Source: a bacterium | Lineage (GTDB): Bacteria; RBG-13-66-14 | Length of the DNA: 47,123 bases | Reading direction: 5' to 3' | Assembly (NCBI GenBank): GCA_035528375.1 | Contig: DATKYS010000030.1 | Span: forward strand, 1 to 47,123 | In this document: positions 1 to 8,061 of the stretch, piece after piece | Layout of the letters: every line of letters begins with the position of its first letter | How positions within the stretch are numbered: position 1 is the first letter of the stretch | Notes under the pieces: model-generated | The model's input: the letters and a program-made list of their open reading frames with translations, nothing else | What the model was told of the DNA's origin: nothing | Database searches by the model: none | Position numbers and translations under genes: made by a program

Positions 1-1
1 G

Positions 2-874
2 ATGGACTGGTACTTCAACGTGGACCTGGACTACGACCCCGTCTATCACCTGATGAGCCCCGAGAAGGGCGAAGTAGTATATGCATTCCCCTTCACGTTC
101 GACTGGGAGGACCAACAGATACCCAACCTGGAATCCTACACCCTCTGGTGGGGGACAGACCCGGACTTCATCACCTATAACGAAATTACGGACATTGACA
201 AGTCGGAGTATACGATATCCGGCGGCATCGAGGACGGGGCGCGCGTCTACTGGCGGGTGAAATCGCTCGACGACGGGGGCGGGGAGTATTGGGCCGAGGA
301 GCTGGACTGGTACTTCGACATTGACCTGGGCGGCGGGGTGGACCTCGCCGACTTCGGCGCGGGCGCGACCGACGAGGGCGTTCTCGTAAACTGGCGCCTC
401 TCGGGCGAGGAACCGGCAGGTCTGCGCGTCCTGCGGGGCGCCGGCGAGCCGGAGATGATTTCCGGCAATCTGCCCGGCGATTCATCCAGATACCTCGACC
501 GGGGCGTGGAACCCGGCGGGAGTTACGCCTACTGGCTGGAGGTCATTGACGCGGAAGGCGTGGTCAGCCGCTTCGGCCCCACGGAGGCGGTCTCGGTTCC
601 CGGGGAGACGTTTACTCTCGTCCTCTACGCCGCCTATCCGAGCCCGTCGCGGGATGCCGTCAACTTCGTCTACTCCCTGCCCGACGACGGCCACGCAGTG
701 CTGTCGGTTTACGATTTATCGGGTCGGAGGATTGCGACGCCGGTTGACTCGGAGCTGACCGCCGGGCGTCACGAAGTTTCCTGGTCCTGCGCGGAAATTC
801 CCTCCGGCGTCTACCTCTACCGCCTGGAAACGAGCGCGGGGTCGCTGACGCAGCGGCTGGTCGTCAGCCGGTAG
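2..874 (+). CDS. Secreted repeat protein with T9SS C-terminal sorting domain, 5'-truncated by the window edge. Tandem paralog of 1112..3292.
   Basis: About 85% aa identity to the C-terminal 290 aa of the downstream gene, with an identical 42-mer at 356-397 and 2774-2815. FN3-like repeat (YTLWWGTDPDF..YWRVKSLDDG). C-terminal beta-sandwich motif LVLYAAYPSPSRD..VYDLSGRRI..SGVYLYRLET typical of the Por/T9SS sorting domain. Confidence 0.8.
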   Translation: MDWYFNVDLDYDPVYHLMSPEKGEVVYAFPFTFDWEDQQIPNLESYTLWWGTDPDFITYNEITDIDKSEYTISGGIEDGARVYWRVKSLDDGGGEYWAEELDWYFDIDLGGGVDLADFGAGATDEGVLVNWRLSGEEPAGLRVLRGAGEPEMISGNLPGDSSRYLDRGVEPGGSYAYWLEVIDAEGVVSRFGPTEAVSVPGETFTLVLYAAYPSPSRDAVNFVYSLPDDGHAVLSVYDLSGRRIATPVDSELTAGRHEVSWSCAEIPSGVYLYRLETSAGSLTQRLVVSR

Positions 875-944
875 CGGCCTCCCGTCTCGAATCCCACCCG
901 CGCCCTCCGGTACGAGGAGAGCGTAAAAAGACCTTAAATCGAAG

Positions 945-970
945 ACGGGGTTGTTCCCCGCTTTTTTTCT
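945..970 (+). terminator. Rho-independent terminator
   Basis: Hairpin ggggttgttcccc followed by cttttttt, 70 nt after the stop of ORF 2..874. Confidence 0.6.
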
Positions 971-1046
971 GGGAAGCACAGACCCTTATTTTCCAACGGT
1001 TCACCGAATATCTTCTTTTCGGCGTTTTTAAAGGTGACCAGGCGGG

Positions 1047-1075
1047 TTGACACGGTTACGATTTGGGGTTACATT
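1047..1075 (+). promoter_or_regulatory. Sigma70-like promoter for 1112..3292
   Basis: TTGACA (1047-1052), 17-nt spacer, TACATT (1070-1075). RBS-like gggggtggcggg sits before ATG 1112. Confidence 0.55.
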
Positions 1076-1111
1076 GACGGCGGATGACATAAGTGATTTG
1101 GGGGTGGCGGG

Positions 1112-3292
1112 ATGAAAGCGCTTCACTTTGGCTCGATTCTACTCTTCCTGGTGTCGGCTGCTCCGGCCGGTCTGTGGCATATCGAAGAGGTGGATTACAG
1201 CGGCGCGTTAGGTTTCGGAACGTCCCTCGAGCTGGACGCGGACGACCAGCCGCTTATCGCGTACTACATGGATAATCAATTGATGCTCGCCCGGTGGGAG
1301 GCGGGGGGATGGAACATCGAGGCGGTTGTAGCAGGTGATTTTGGTGGTGAATCCATTTCCCTGACCCTGGACAGCCTGGACCTACCCCACATAGCTTATG
1401 TCGCGAATTGGCCGGCGGTGGACCTTAAATACGCCCACTGGACCGGAACCGAATGGCTGACTGAGACGGTTGACGGTGACGGATCCAGCGGCCCTTACTG
1501 TTCCATTGCAGTGGATTCGTCCGATAATCCACACATAGCCTATATGGATGTACAAGCCAACGGTCTGAAATACGCCCGTTGGGACGGCGACGAGTGGCTG
1601 CTCGAGATCATAGACACCGATGGCGCTTGTACGGACGTCTCGCTCGCGCTGGATTCGAACGACCGCCCCAACATATCATATACGAACAGGGACGCCGCTG
1701 AACTTAAATATGCGCGTTGGGACGGCTCCCAATGGTTGATCGAGACCGTGGACGGCGACGGTCCTTTCCGTACGTTTACTTCGATAGCCCTGGATTCGTC
1801 CGAACATCCCCATATCGCCTACGCTTACAACAGCAAAGGCGTCATCTACCAGAAATACGCCTACTGGGACGGGTCGGAGTGGCAGATAGAGAGAGCTGAT
1901 GGGGGGATTTCGAGTTTGGTTGGTGGTTATTGTTCAATCGCTCTTGATTCCACCGACCAACCCTACATCTCCTATTACAGACAACTTGATACCGTACTCA
2001 AATGCGCCCACAATGACGGCTCAGACTGGATTCCCGAGGTTGTGGACCCGGATTCTGGTTCCGGCAGGTATACCTCCATCGAGATTGATTCCCTCGACCA
2101 GCCCCATATCAGCTACGAAGGCTCACCTCCCGATTCCAAAGGTCTCCGGTACGCCTGGTACGAGGTCTCCTTTCATCTTTTAAGCCCCGGGAATGGCGAT
2201 ACAGTATACGCATTTCCCATTACGTTTGACTGGGAAGACCACGATCTTGACGGTCTCGAGAGCTACACCCTCTGGTGGGGGACCGATCCGGACTTCATCA
2301 CCTATAACGAAGTTACGGATATTGACGAGTCGGAGTATACGTTAGTTGGCGGCATCGAGGACGGGGACCGCATCTACTGGCGTGTGAAATCGCTGGACGA
2401 CGGGGACGGCGAGTACTGGGCCGAGGAGATGAATTGGTACTTCGACGTGGAATTGATCCAATTTCATCTCCTGGATCCAACGAAGGGCGAGGTCGTTGAT
2501 ACTCTTTCGCCACTCCTGGATTGGGAGGATTCCCCCGACTCCGACCACGAATCCTACACCCTCTGGTGGGGAACCGACCCGGACTTCGTTACCTACAATG
2601 AGGTTACCGGTATAAACGAATCTAAGTATACGATTCCGAGCGGAATCGGTGATGGGGACCGCGTCTACTGGCGGGTGAAATCACTGGACGACGAGGGCGG
2701 CGACTACTGGGCCGAGGAGCTGGACTGGTACTTCGATGTTGACCTGCCCGGCGGGATTGATCTTGCCGATTTCGGCGCGGGCGCGACCGACGAGGGCGTT
2801 CTCGTAAACTGGCGCTTCTCTGGCGAAGAGCCCACCGGGGTGCGCGTCCTGCGGGGCGTGGGCGAGCCGGAAGTTATATCAGGAAATTTAACCGGCGATT
2901 CATCCAGATACCTCGACCGGGATGTAGAACCCGGCGAGAGTTACGCCTACTGGCTGGAGGTCGTCGAGGCCGACGGGACTGTCGAGCGCTTCGGGCCGAC
3001 AGAGGCTGTCTCGGTCCCCGAGATAACGTTTGAGCTCGTCCTCTACGCCGCCTACCCGAGCCCGTCGCGGGACACCGTCAACTTCGCCTACTCCCTGCCC
3101 GCCGACGGCCGCGTCGTGCTATCGGTTTACGATTTATCGGGTCGGAGGATTGCGACGCTGGTCAACGACGAGCTGACCGCCGGTCGTCACGAGGCGTCCT
3201 GGAACTGCGCGGAAATCACCTCCGGCGTGTACCTCTACCGCCTGGAAACGAACGCGGGGTCGCTGACGAAGCGGCTGGTAGTCAGCCGGTAG
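1112..3292 (+). CDS. Large secreted repeat protein: signal peptide, about 8 propeller-like repeats (LDSxDxPHIAY...LKYARWDG), three FN3-like repeats, T9SS C-terminal sorting domain.
   Basis: N-terminal MKALHFGSILLFLVSAAPA signal. Repeats of about 44 aa with the motif S[IL]ALDSxDxPHI[AS]Y. Three copies of an about 95-aa repeat ESYTLWWGTDPDF[IV]TYNEVT. C-terminal CTD identical in pattern to ORF 2..874. Confidence 0.85.
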   Translation: MKALHFGSILLFLVSAAPAGLWHIEEVDYSGALGFGTSLELDADDQPLIAYYMDNQLMLARWEAGGWNIEAVVAGDFGGESISLTLDSLDLPHIAYVANWPAVDLKYAHWTGTEWLTETVDGDGSSGPYCSIAVDSSDNPHIAYMDVQANGLKYARWDGDEWLLEIIDTDGACTDVSLALDSNDRPNISYTNRDAAELKYARWDGSQWLIETVDGDGPFRTFTSIALDSSEHPHIAYAYNSKGVIYQKYAYWDGSEWQIERADGGISSLVGGYCSIALDSTDQPYISYYRQLDTVLKCAHNDGSDWIPEVVDPDSGSGRYTSIEIDSLDQPHISYEGSPPDSKGLRYAWYEVSFHLLSPGNGDTVYAFPITFDWEDHDLDGLESYTLWWGTDPDFITYNEVTDIDESEYTLVGGIEDGDRIYWRVKSLDDGDGEYWAEEMNWYFDVELIQFHLLDPTKGEVVDTLSPLLDWEDSPDSDHESYTLWWGTDPDFVTYNEVTGINESKYTIPSGIGDGDRVYWRVKSLDDEGGDYWAEELDWYFDVDLPGGIDLADFGAGATDEGVLVNWRFSGEEPTGVRVLRGVGEPEVISGNLTGDSSRYLDRDVEPGESYAYWLEVVEADGTVERFGPTEAVSVPEITFELVLYAAYPSPSRDTVNFAYSLPADGRVVLSVYDLSGRRIATLVNDELTAGRHEASWNCAEITSGVYLYRLETNAGSLTKRLVVSR

Positions 3293-3320
3293 CGGCTCTC
3301 CTCACCCCCGTTTGCGATGA

Positions 3321-3352
3321 CGTAGGGGCCGACCTTTAGGTCGGCCCTTTTT
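3321..3352 (+). terminator. Palindromic element cgtaggggccgacc-ttta-ggtcggccc plus T-tract. Terminator of 1112..3292.
   Basis: Perfect inverted repeat ggccgacc/ggtcggcc followed by ttttta. Same element family recurs at 15281-15310 and 18745-18790. Confidence 0.65.
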
Positions 3353-3362
3353 ATTAAGACAG

Positions 3363-3600
3363 CCCTCACCCCCATCCCCGTGCCTCGCAGGCCTCCCACG
3401 GGGAGAGGGGGGCCGCGTATATGCCTCTACCCTCACCCTAACCCGTAGGCGAGCCTCTCCCTTAAAGGGAGAGGGGACCGCTACACCCCTCACCCTAGCC
3501 CGTCGGCGAGCCGCTCCCTAAAAGGGGGAGGGGACATGCGGCAGCCCTCACCCCTGCCCGTGAGGCTGAGCCTCCTCCCACAGGAAGAGGGTGGGACACC
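3363..3600. repeat. Tandem array of four degenerate 55-67 bp GC-rich units (ccctcaccc..cccgt..gcgagcc.ctccc-ttaaa-gggagaggggac).
   Basis: Units start at 3363, 3430, 3487 and 3545. Each has an internal short palindrome (ctctccc ttaaa gggagag). The same unit family recurs at 17042-17130, 18800-18898, 22600-22656, 32431-32575, 44905-44955 and 47060-47123. Confidence 0.7.
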
Positions 3601-3743
3601 TGCCCCGCGCCTCGCTAGTGGCGATACGTGGGGTGGGGATTCCTAACCCACCACTGTAATTCTCCAATCGCCGACCGGCGGGACCTCGCCGACGCCGGCG
3701 ATTTTTGCTATAATCTTTTCGTCACGTGTAAGCGAGGTTCCCC

Positions 3744-4220
3744 ATGCCCACCCCGGACCAGATACGCGACGTCATGCTCTTCGCCGGTCTAGACGATTCC
3801 GAGCTCGAGGAGGTCGCCTCCCGCATGAAGGAGGAGACCTTCGCCAAGGACGACTTCATCTTCTACGAGGGCGACACCGGGGACAAGTTCTACATCGTGG
3901 ATTCCGGCATGGTCTCCATCACCCTCGCCATCGAGGGGGTGGGGACCGAGGAGCTTCTGTACCTGGAGCGCCCGGCTTTCTTCGGCGAGATGGCGCTCAT
4001 AGATGCCGCGCCCCGCTCGGCCTCCGCCGTCTGCCGCAAGGACACCAAGCTCCTCTCCCTGGGCAAGGCGGATTTCGAGAAGCTCATCGTCGAGGACATC
4101 GAAATCGGCAATAAAATCATGATCGCCTTCATCCGCACCTTCTGCACCCGCATCCGCAAGTCCAACGAGAAGCTGCGTAACTACTACAAGATTCACAAGG
4201 CCTTCGAGGGCTCGTCGTAA
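3744..4220 (+). CDS. Cyclic-nucleotide-binding (Crp-like cNMP-binding) domain protein, 158 aa, no DNA-binding domain.
   Basis: Motifs FAGLDDSELEEVA, DFIFYEGDTGDKFYIVDSGMVSI and FFGEMALID..RSASAVC match the CAP-family cNMP-binding fold. RBS gcgagg before the ATG. Confidence 0.75.
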   Translation: MPTPDQIRDVMLFAGLDDSELEEVASRMKEETFAKDDFIFYEGDTGDKFYIVDSGMVSITLAIEGVGTEELLYLERPAFFGEMALIDAAPRSASAVCRKDTKLLSLGKADFEKLIVEDIEIGNKIMIAFIRTFCTRIRKSNEKLRNYYKIHKAFEGSS

Positions 4221-4332
4221 CCCCGGTCCGGTCCGATTCCCCACGTCCATCCACAGGCGGGTATCTGCACCCGAAGGGAAATCTCGGGCCCGGCCCAGAC
4301 CGACGTAGAAAACGCGCCCACATCCCCCCAGA

Positions 4333-4353
4333 GGCGGGAATCCCCGCCTTTTA
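4333..4353 (+). terminator. Hairpin ggcggg-aatc-cccgcc plus tttt, a member of the ggcgggga/tccccgcc hairpin family.
   Basis: Lies 113 nt after the stop of 3744..4220 and only 12 nt before ATG 4365, so it may instead be a regulatory hairpin. Confidence 0.45.
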
Positions 4354-4364
4354 AAAAAATTTCC

Positions 4365-4898
4365 ATGACCGACCCCGCCCCATTCCCAGGCTCGATTACC
4401 GGTGACGAGCTCGCCCGTCTCCTCTCGGGCAGCCCGCCCCTGGTGGAGGGGATGCCCGACCCCCGGACCCAGGTGACCCCGAACGGAGTGGACCTCACCG
4501 CGGCCGAGGTGGCCTGGTTTTGCGACGACACTCCCGGCCGCCTGGATTTCGATAACTCCGACCGCCGGCTGCCGGAGACGGAGGTCATCCCCTGGCGGGA
4601 TGGGCGGCTCATCCTGCCGCCCGGGGTCTACCTCGTCCGTTACTCCGAGAAGGTCAACCTGCCGCGGGACGTTCTGGCGCTGGGGAAGCCGCGCTCGAGC
4701 CTGTTGCGCTGCGGGGCGCACCTGGGCAGCGCGGTGTGGGACGCGGGTTACTCGGGGCGCGGACAGGGGCTCCTCGCCGTTTTCAACCCCGCCGGTCTGG
4801 AACTCGCCGAGCGGGCCCGGGTTTTACAACTTCTGTTTTTCCGCCTGAATGGGGAGACCGCAGGCTATCGGGGCGGCTACCAGGGCGAGGGCGGGTAG
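4365..4898 (+). CDS. dCTP deaminase/dUTPase-superfamily protein
   Basis: Motifs GKPRSSLLRCGAHLG and DAGYSGRGQGLLAVFNP..LQLLFF resemble Dcd/Dut signatures (RSSLxRxG, DxGYxG). Confidence 0.6.
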   Translation: MTDPAPFPGSITGDELARLLSGSPPLVEGMPDPRTQVTPNGVDLTAAEVAWFCDDTPGRLDFDNSDRRLPETEVIPWRDGRLILPPGVYLVRYSEKVNLPRDVLALGKPRSSLLRCGAHLGSAVWDAGYSGRGQGLLAVFNPAGLELAERARVLQLLFFRLNGETAGYRGGYQGEGG

Positions 4899-4901
4899 AA
4901 G

Positions 4902-5300
4902 ATGGGCGACGAACCGAAGAACGCTGGACGCCTGGGGCCGGTGGCCCGGGGGTTTCTCATCGCCGCCGGCTCGCTCTGTCTGGGTCTTGGCGTTCTGGGC
5001 ATCTTCCTCCCGGTCCTCCCCACCACGCCGTTCCTTTTACTGACCGCCGTCTGCTACGCCCACGGCTCCAAGAGGCTCCACGACTGGCTCATGGGCACCC
5101 GCCTCGGGGCCTACATCAGCGCCTGGCGCGAGAAGAAAGCCATCCCCCTCCGCTTGAAAATTTGGACCCTAACCCTGATGGCGACGTTCATAACCGTCTC
5201 CGCCGTCTTCTTCGTCGAGGCGCTCTGGCTGCGCATTCTTTTGGGCGTCGTCCTGGTCGCCGTCGGCATCCACATCCTTTCCATCCCCACGGCCCGTTAA
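4902..5300 (+). CDS. ybaN: YbaN/DUF454 family inner-membrane protein
   Basis: GFLIAAGSLCLGLGVLGIFLPVLPTTPFLLLTAVCY..GSKRLHDWL is the DUF454 signature. Start is 3 nt after the stop of 4365..4898, so the genes are coupled. Confidence 0.8.
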   Translation: MGDEPKNAGRLGPVARGFLIAAGSLCLGLGVLGIFLPVLPTTPFLLLTAVCYAHGSKRLHDWLMGTRLGAYISAWREKKAIPLRLKIWTLTLMATFITVSAVFFVEALWLRILLGVVLVAVGIHILSIPTAR

Positions 5301-5382
5301 CCCCCGCCTCCCGTTGTCAGACCCTGCCGTGGCGTGATATGCTAGGGTCCGCAAATTCCCCCCGCGCATTCAAGGAGTGACC

Positions 5383-6411
5383 ATGGCCATCGAAGTCCTG
5401 CAATCCCTCGACAACACGGGCGACGTCCTCGTCGAGCGCGTCCCGCGCGACGGCTCCGGCGACATCGCCTACGGCGCCCAGGTCGTCGTCCACGAGAGCC
5501 AGGAGGCCATCTTCTTCCGCGACGGCCAGGCGCTGGACCGCTTCGCCCCCGGACGCCACACCGTCACCTCGGCCAACATCCCGCTCCTGCGGGCGTTGAT
5601 CAAGCTCCCCTTCGGCGGCCAGACCCCCTTCAAGGTCGAGGTCTACTTCGTCAACCGGAAGGTGTTCACCGACCTCAAGTGGGGGACGCCGCAGCCGGTG
5701 GCCTTCCGCGACGCCGAGTTCGGCATCGTCCGCCTCCGCGCTCACGGCATCTACTCCCTGCGCATCACCGACTCCGGCCTATTCGTCAACAAGTACGTGG
5801 GCACCGGCAATTTAAAAATGGTCGGCGAGCTCGAGGACTTCCTCCGCGGGATAATCGTCAGCCAGACCTTCGACTTCCTGGGCGAGCAGGTCAAGAGCCT
5901 CCTCGATCTCCCCCCGCTCTACGACGAGTTCGCCATTGCGCTCAAGGCCAAGCTCACCGAGGAGGTCGCCACCTACGGGATCGAGCTGGTGGACTTCACC
6001 GTGGGGGCGATAACCGCCCCGCCCGAGGTCGAGAAGGCCATGGACGAGCGCGCCAAGATGGGCGCCATCGGCGACATGGACCGCTACACCCGCTACAAGA
6101 CCGCCGAGGCCATCGGCGACGCGGCCAAGCAGCCCGGCGGCGGGGGGATGGCCGGCATGGGCGCCGGACTCGGCGCGGGCATGGCAATCGGGGGACAGAT
6201 GGCCGACGCCATGAAGGACAAGGGTGGGTCCAAGGCCGCCCCGGAGAAGGTAATCGTCTGCGGCAAGTGCGGCTTCGAGAACGCGGCGGGGAACAAGTTC
6301 TGCGGCAAGTGCGGCGCGCTGCTGCACCCCGTCTGCCCCCACTGCGGCGCCGAGCTCGTCCCCGGCGACAAGTTCTGCGGCAAATGCGGCAAGGAGATTG
6401 AACCTTCCTGA
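5383..6411 (+). CDS. SPFH/band-7 domain protein with C-terminal glycine-rich linker and double zinc ribbon
   Basis: N-terminal SPFH-like region. C-terminal CGKCGFENAAGNKFCGKCG..CPHCGAELVPGDKFCGKCG gives two CxxC...CxxC ribbons. RBS AAGGAG at 5372-5377 supports ATG 5383; the track's GTG 5377 is less likely. Confidence 0.8.
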   Translation: MAIEVLQSLDNTGDVLVERVPRDGSGDIAYGAQVVVHESQEAIFFRDGQALDRFAPGRHTVTSANIPLLRALIKLPFGGQTPFKVEVYFVNRKVFTDLKWGTPQPVAFRDAEFGIVRLRAHGIYSLRITDSGLFVNKYVGTGNLKMVGELEDFLRGIIVSQTFDFLGEQVKSLLDLPPLYDEFAIALKAKLTEEVATYGIELVDFTVGAITAPPEVEKAMDERAKMGAIGDMDRYTRYKTAEAIGDAAKQPGGGGMAGMGAGLGAGMAIGGQMADAMKDKGGSKAAPEKVIVCGKCGFENAAGNKFCGKCGALLHPVCPHCGAELVPGDKFCGKCGKEIEPS

Positions 6412-6454
6412 CGTCGCGGGGTATCCTCAAACGCCGGGCCGGAGGTGGGACCGA

Positions 6455-6913
6455 ATGGCCGAGGCGAAGATAGAGCTAAAGAGAGGCGTGAACTTCACCG
6501 CGGCGCACCTGCGGGGATGGGAGAGCCTGGAGGAGTTCAGCTTTCAGCTTCCGGGGATGAAGGACCGCTATCCGGGGAAGCTGTTCATGAAAGAGCCGCT
6601 GGGGCTTACGGGGGTGGAGATGTCGCTCAACCGCCTCCCGCCGGGCGGCGAGATTCCCTTCCTCCACCGTCACCGGAACAACGAGGAGCTGTACATCTTC
6701 ATCAAGGGGCGGGGGCGATTCCAGGTGGACGGCGAGGTCCTGGAGGTCGGCGAGGGGTCGGTGATACGGGTCGCCCAGGACGGCGTCCGCGCCTGGCGCA
6801 ACGACTCAGACGAGGACCTGTACTTCATCGTCATTCAGGCCAGGGCCGGCAGCATGCCCGACGCGTGCATCTCCGATGGCGTCGGCGTCAAGGGAAAGGC
6901 TGAGTGGGATTAG
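6455..6913 (+). CDS. Cupin-domain protein
   Basis: HRHRNNEELYIFIKGRGRFQVDGEVLEVGEGSVIRV is a cupin-2 motif. RBS GGAGGT at 6441-6446 precedes ATG 6455. The upstream part of track ORF 6398 is rejected. Confidence 0.75.
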   Translation: MAEAKIELKRGVNFTAAHLRGWESLEEFSFQLPGMKDRYPGKLFMKEPLGLTGVEMSLNRLPPGGEIPFLHRHRNNEELYIFIKGRGRFQVDGEVLEVGEGSVIRVAQDGVRAWRNDSDEDLYFIVIQARAGSMPDACISDGVGVKGKAEWD

Positions 6914-6933
6914 CCCCTTGCTCGGCCACCATC

Positions 6934-7018
6934 TCCAACCCGCCTGCCCGACCGCGGCGCCTTTCTCACCCCCGGCGACAAATTCCGCGGCAAGTGCGGC
7001 AAGGAGCTGAAAGAGTAA
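6934..7018 (+). pseudogene. Degenerate duplicate of the 3' end of the zinc-ribbon gene 5383..6411 (gene remnant/scar)
   Basis: 6967-7002 (cccggcgacaaattccgcggcaagtgcggcaaggag) matches 6361-6396 at 33 of 36 positions. Upstream, ccgcctgcccgaccgcggcgcc is similar to cccgtctgcccccactgcggcgcc at 6328-6351. It ends at its own stop 7016-7018 and has no N-terminal body. Confidence 0.5.
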
Positions 7019-7091
7019 AAAGAAGCTCACAAAGAACAGCGAGATAGACGGTTCATGTTTCCGCGAAACATTTTCGAGGTATGGTGTTGGC

Positions 7092-7760
7092 ATGTGCAAG
7101 AAGGCAGATGATATAGTCGTTTATGCCTGTGATGTAGGCTCAACAAGAGGAGAAAACTTCGGATGGGCCAAATGCGAGAATGGAGAGATAAAATTAGGTA
7201 CAAACAAAATAGATGAATTGGTAAATGAACTTTCCAAGTCACTTTATAAGAAACCCGTGGCACTAGGTTTCGAATGTCCCTGTTTCCTGCCTATCCCTGG
7301 AAAATCCGCCCAATTGAGTAAGGGGCGAGTTAATGAACACGACAGGTCATGCTTCGCTCCCGCAGGCGGCTATGTAGCTACACTCGGTATACACCAAATG
7401 GCATTTATATTCGATAATATAAAACAAAATGTTTTAAAAGTATCAGTTAATTATAGTGAATGGGATAAAGAACCTAAGTCACTTTTTATTTGGGAGGCAT
7501 TTGTATCTGGAGCTGCTCACAGCGATGACAACAACCATATGCAAGACGCAGCCACAGCGGTTGATGAGTTTATAAAGAGGTATAACAATGGTTCACTGGG
7601 AAATAGCGATGTAACAATCCCAGTTGGCTCAGAGTGCATTTCACTAGCTGGTCTGGCTTGTAGATGGTCCAATCTGCCATACACTAATGACGTGTTACGC
7701 GAAGAACTGATGGTTATTAAACCTACCGAGCAATATAAGAACGAAATTGAAAATAGCTAA
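7092..7760 (+). CDS. Low-GC (about 38%) hypothetical protein, putative RNase H-like fold nuclease (RuvC/YqgF/DUF429-like guess)
   Basis: GC is sharply below the 65% background. N-terminal IVVYACDVGSTRGENFGWAK resembles the first catalytic strand of RuvC/YqgF/Cas9-RuvC-I (hhhDhGxxxxGWA). Candidate acidic residues are E61 (GFECP) and H143/D145/D146 (AAHSDDNNH). Family assignment is inferred, not recognised with certainty. Confidence 0.55.
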   Translation: MCKKADDIVVYACDVGSTRGENFGWAKCENGEIKLGTNKIDELVNELSKSLYKKPVALGFECPCFLPIPGKSAQLSKGRVNEHDRSCFAPAGGYVATLGIHQMAFIFDNIKQNVLKVSVNYSEWDKEPKSLFIWEAFVSGAAHSDDNNHMQDAATAVDEFIKRYNNGSLGNSDVTIPVGSECISLAGLACRWSNLPYTNDVLREELMVIKPTEQYKNEIENS

Positions 7761-7809
7761 CTAACCTGCTAAGTTTCCCAGCGAAGGAATACGCACCACC
7801 GGAGCCACC

Positions 7810-8061
7810 ATGTGCCTCTCCGTGCCGATGAGAATCATAGAGGTCGAGGGGGATAAGGCCGTCGTCGAGCTGGGCGGCGCCACCCAGGAAATCTCCGTCG
7901 TCCTCGTGGACCCACCGCCCGTCCCCGGCCAGTACGCCATCGTCCACGCCGGTTTCGCCCTCAACGTGATAGACGAGGACGAGGCGCGGGAGAACCTGGC
8001 CCTTTTGGAAGAGCTGGCCGAGCACCACCAGCGCGAGCTCGACGCCCGGGGGGAGGGGTAG
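7810..8061 (+). CDS. hypC: [NiFe]-hydrogenase maturation factor HypC
   Basis: Begins MCLSVPMRIIEV, the hallmark MCL[AS][IV]P N-terminus with Cys2. LVHAGFAL motif. Confidence 0.9.
   Translation: MCLSVPMRIIEVEGDKAVVELGGATQEISVVLVDPPPVPGQYAIVHAGFALNVIDEDEARENLALLEELAEHHQRELDARGEG

Noticed and set aside
3363-3600. Possible CRISPR array, with regularly spaced GC-rich repeats
   Set aside because: The units are contiguous and mutually similar along their whole length, with no unique spacers between conserved repeats. There are no cas genes. Identical units are dispersed singly elsewhere, which fits a REP/MITE-like tandem repeat instead.
3789-4721. 310-aa ORF on the minus strand antisense to the cNMP-binding and dCTP-deaminase-like genes
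   Set aside because: It has the Arg/Gly/Pro/His-rich composition typical of out-of-frame reading of high-GC coding DNA. It fully overlaps two sense-strand genes that carry recognisable motifs.
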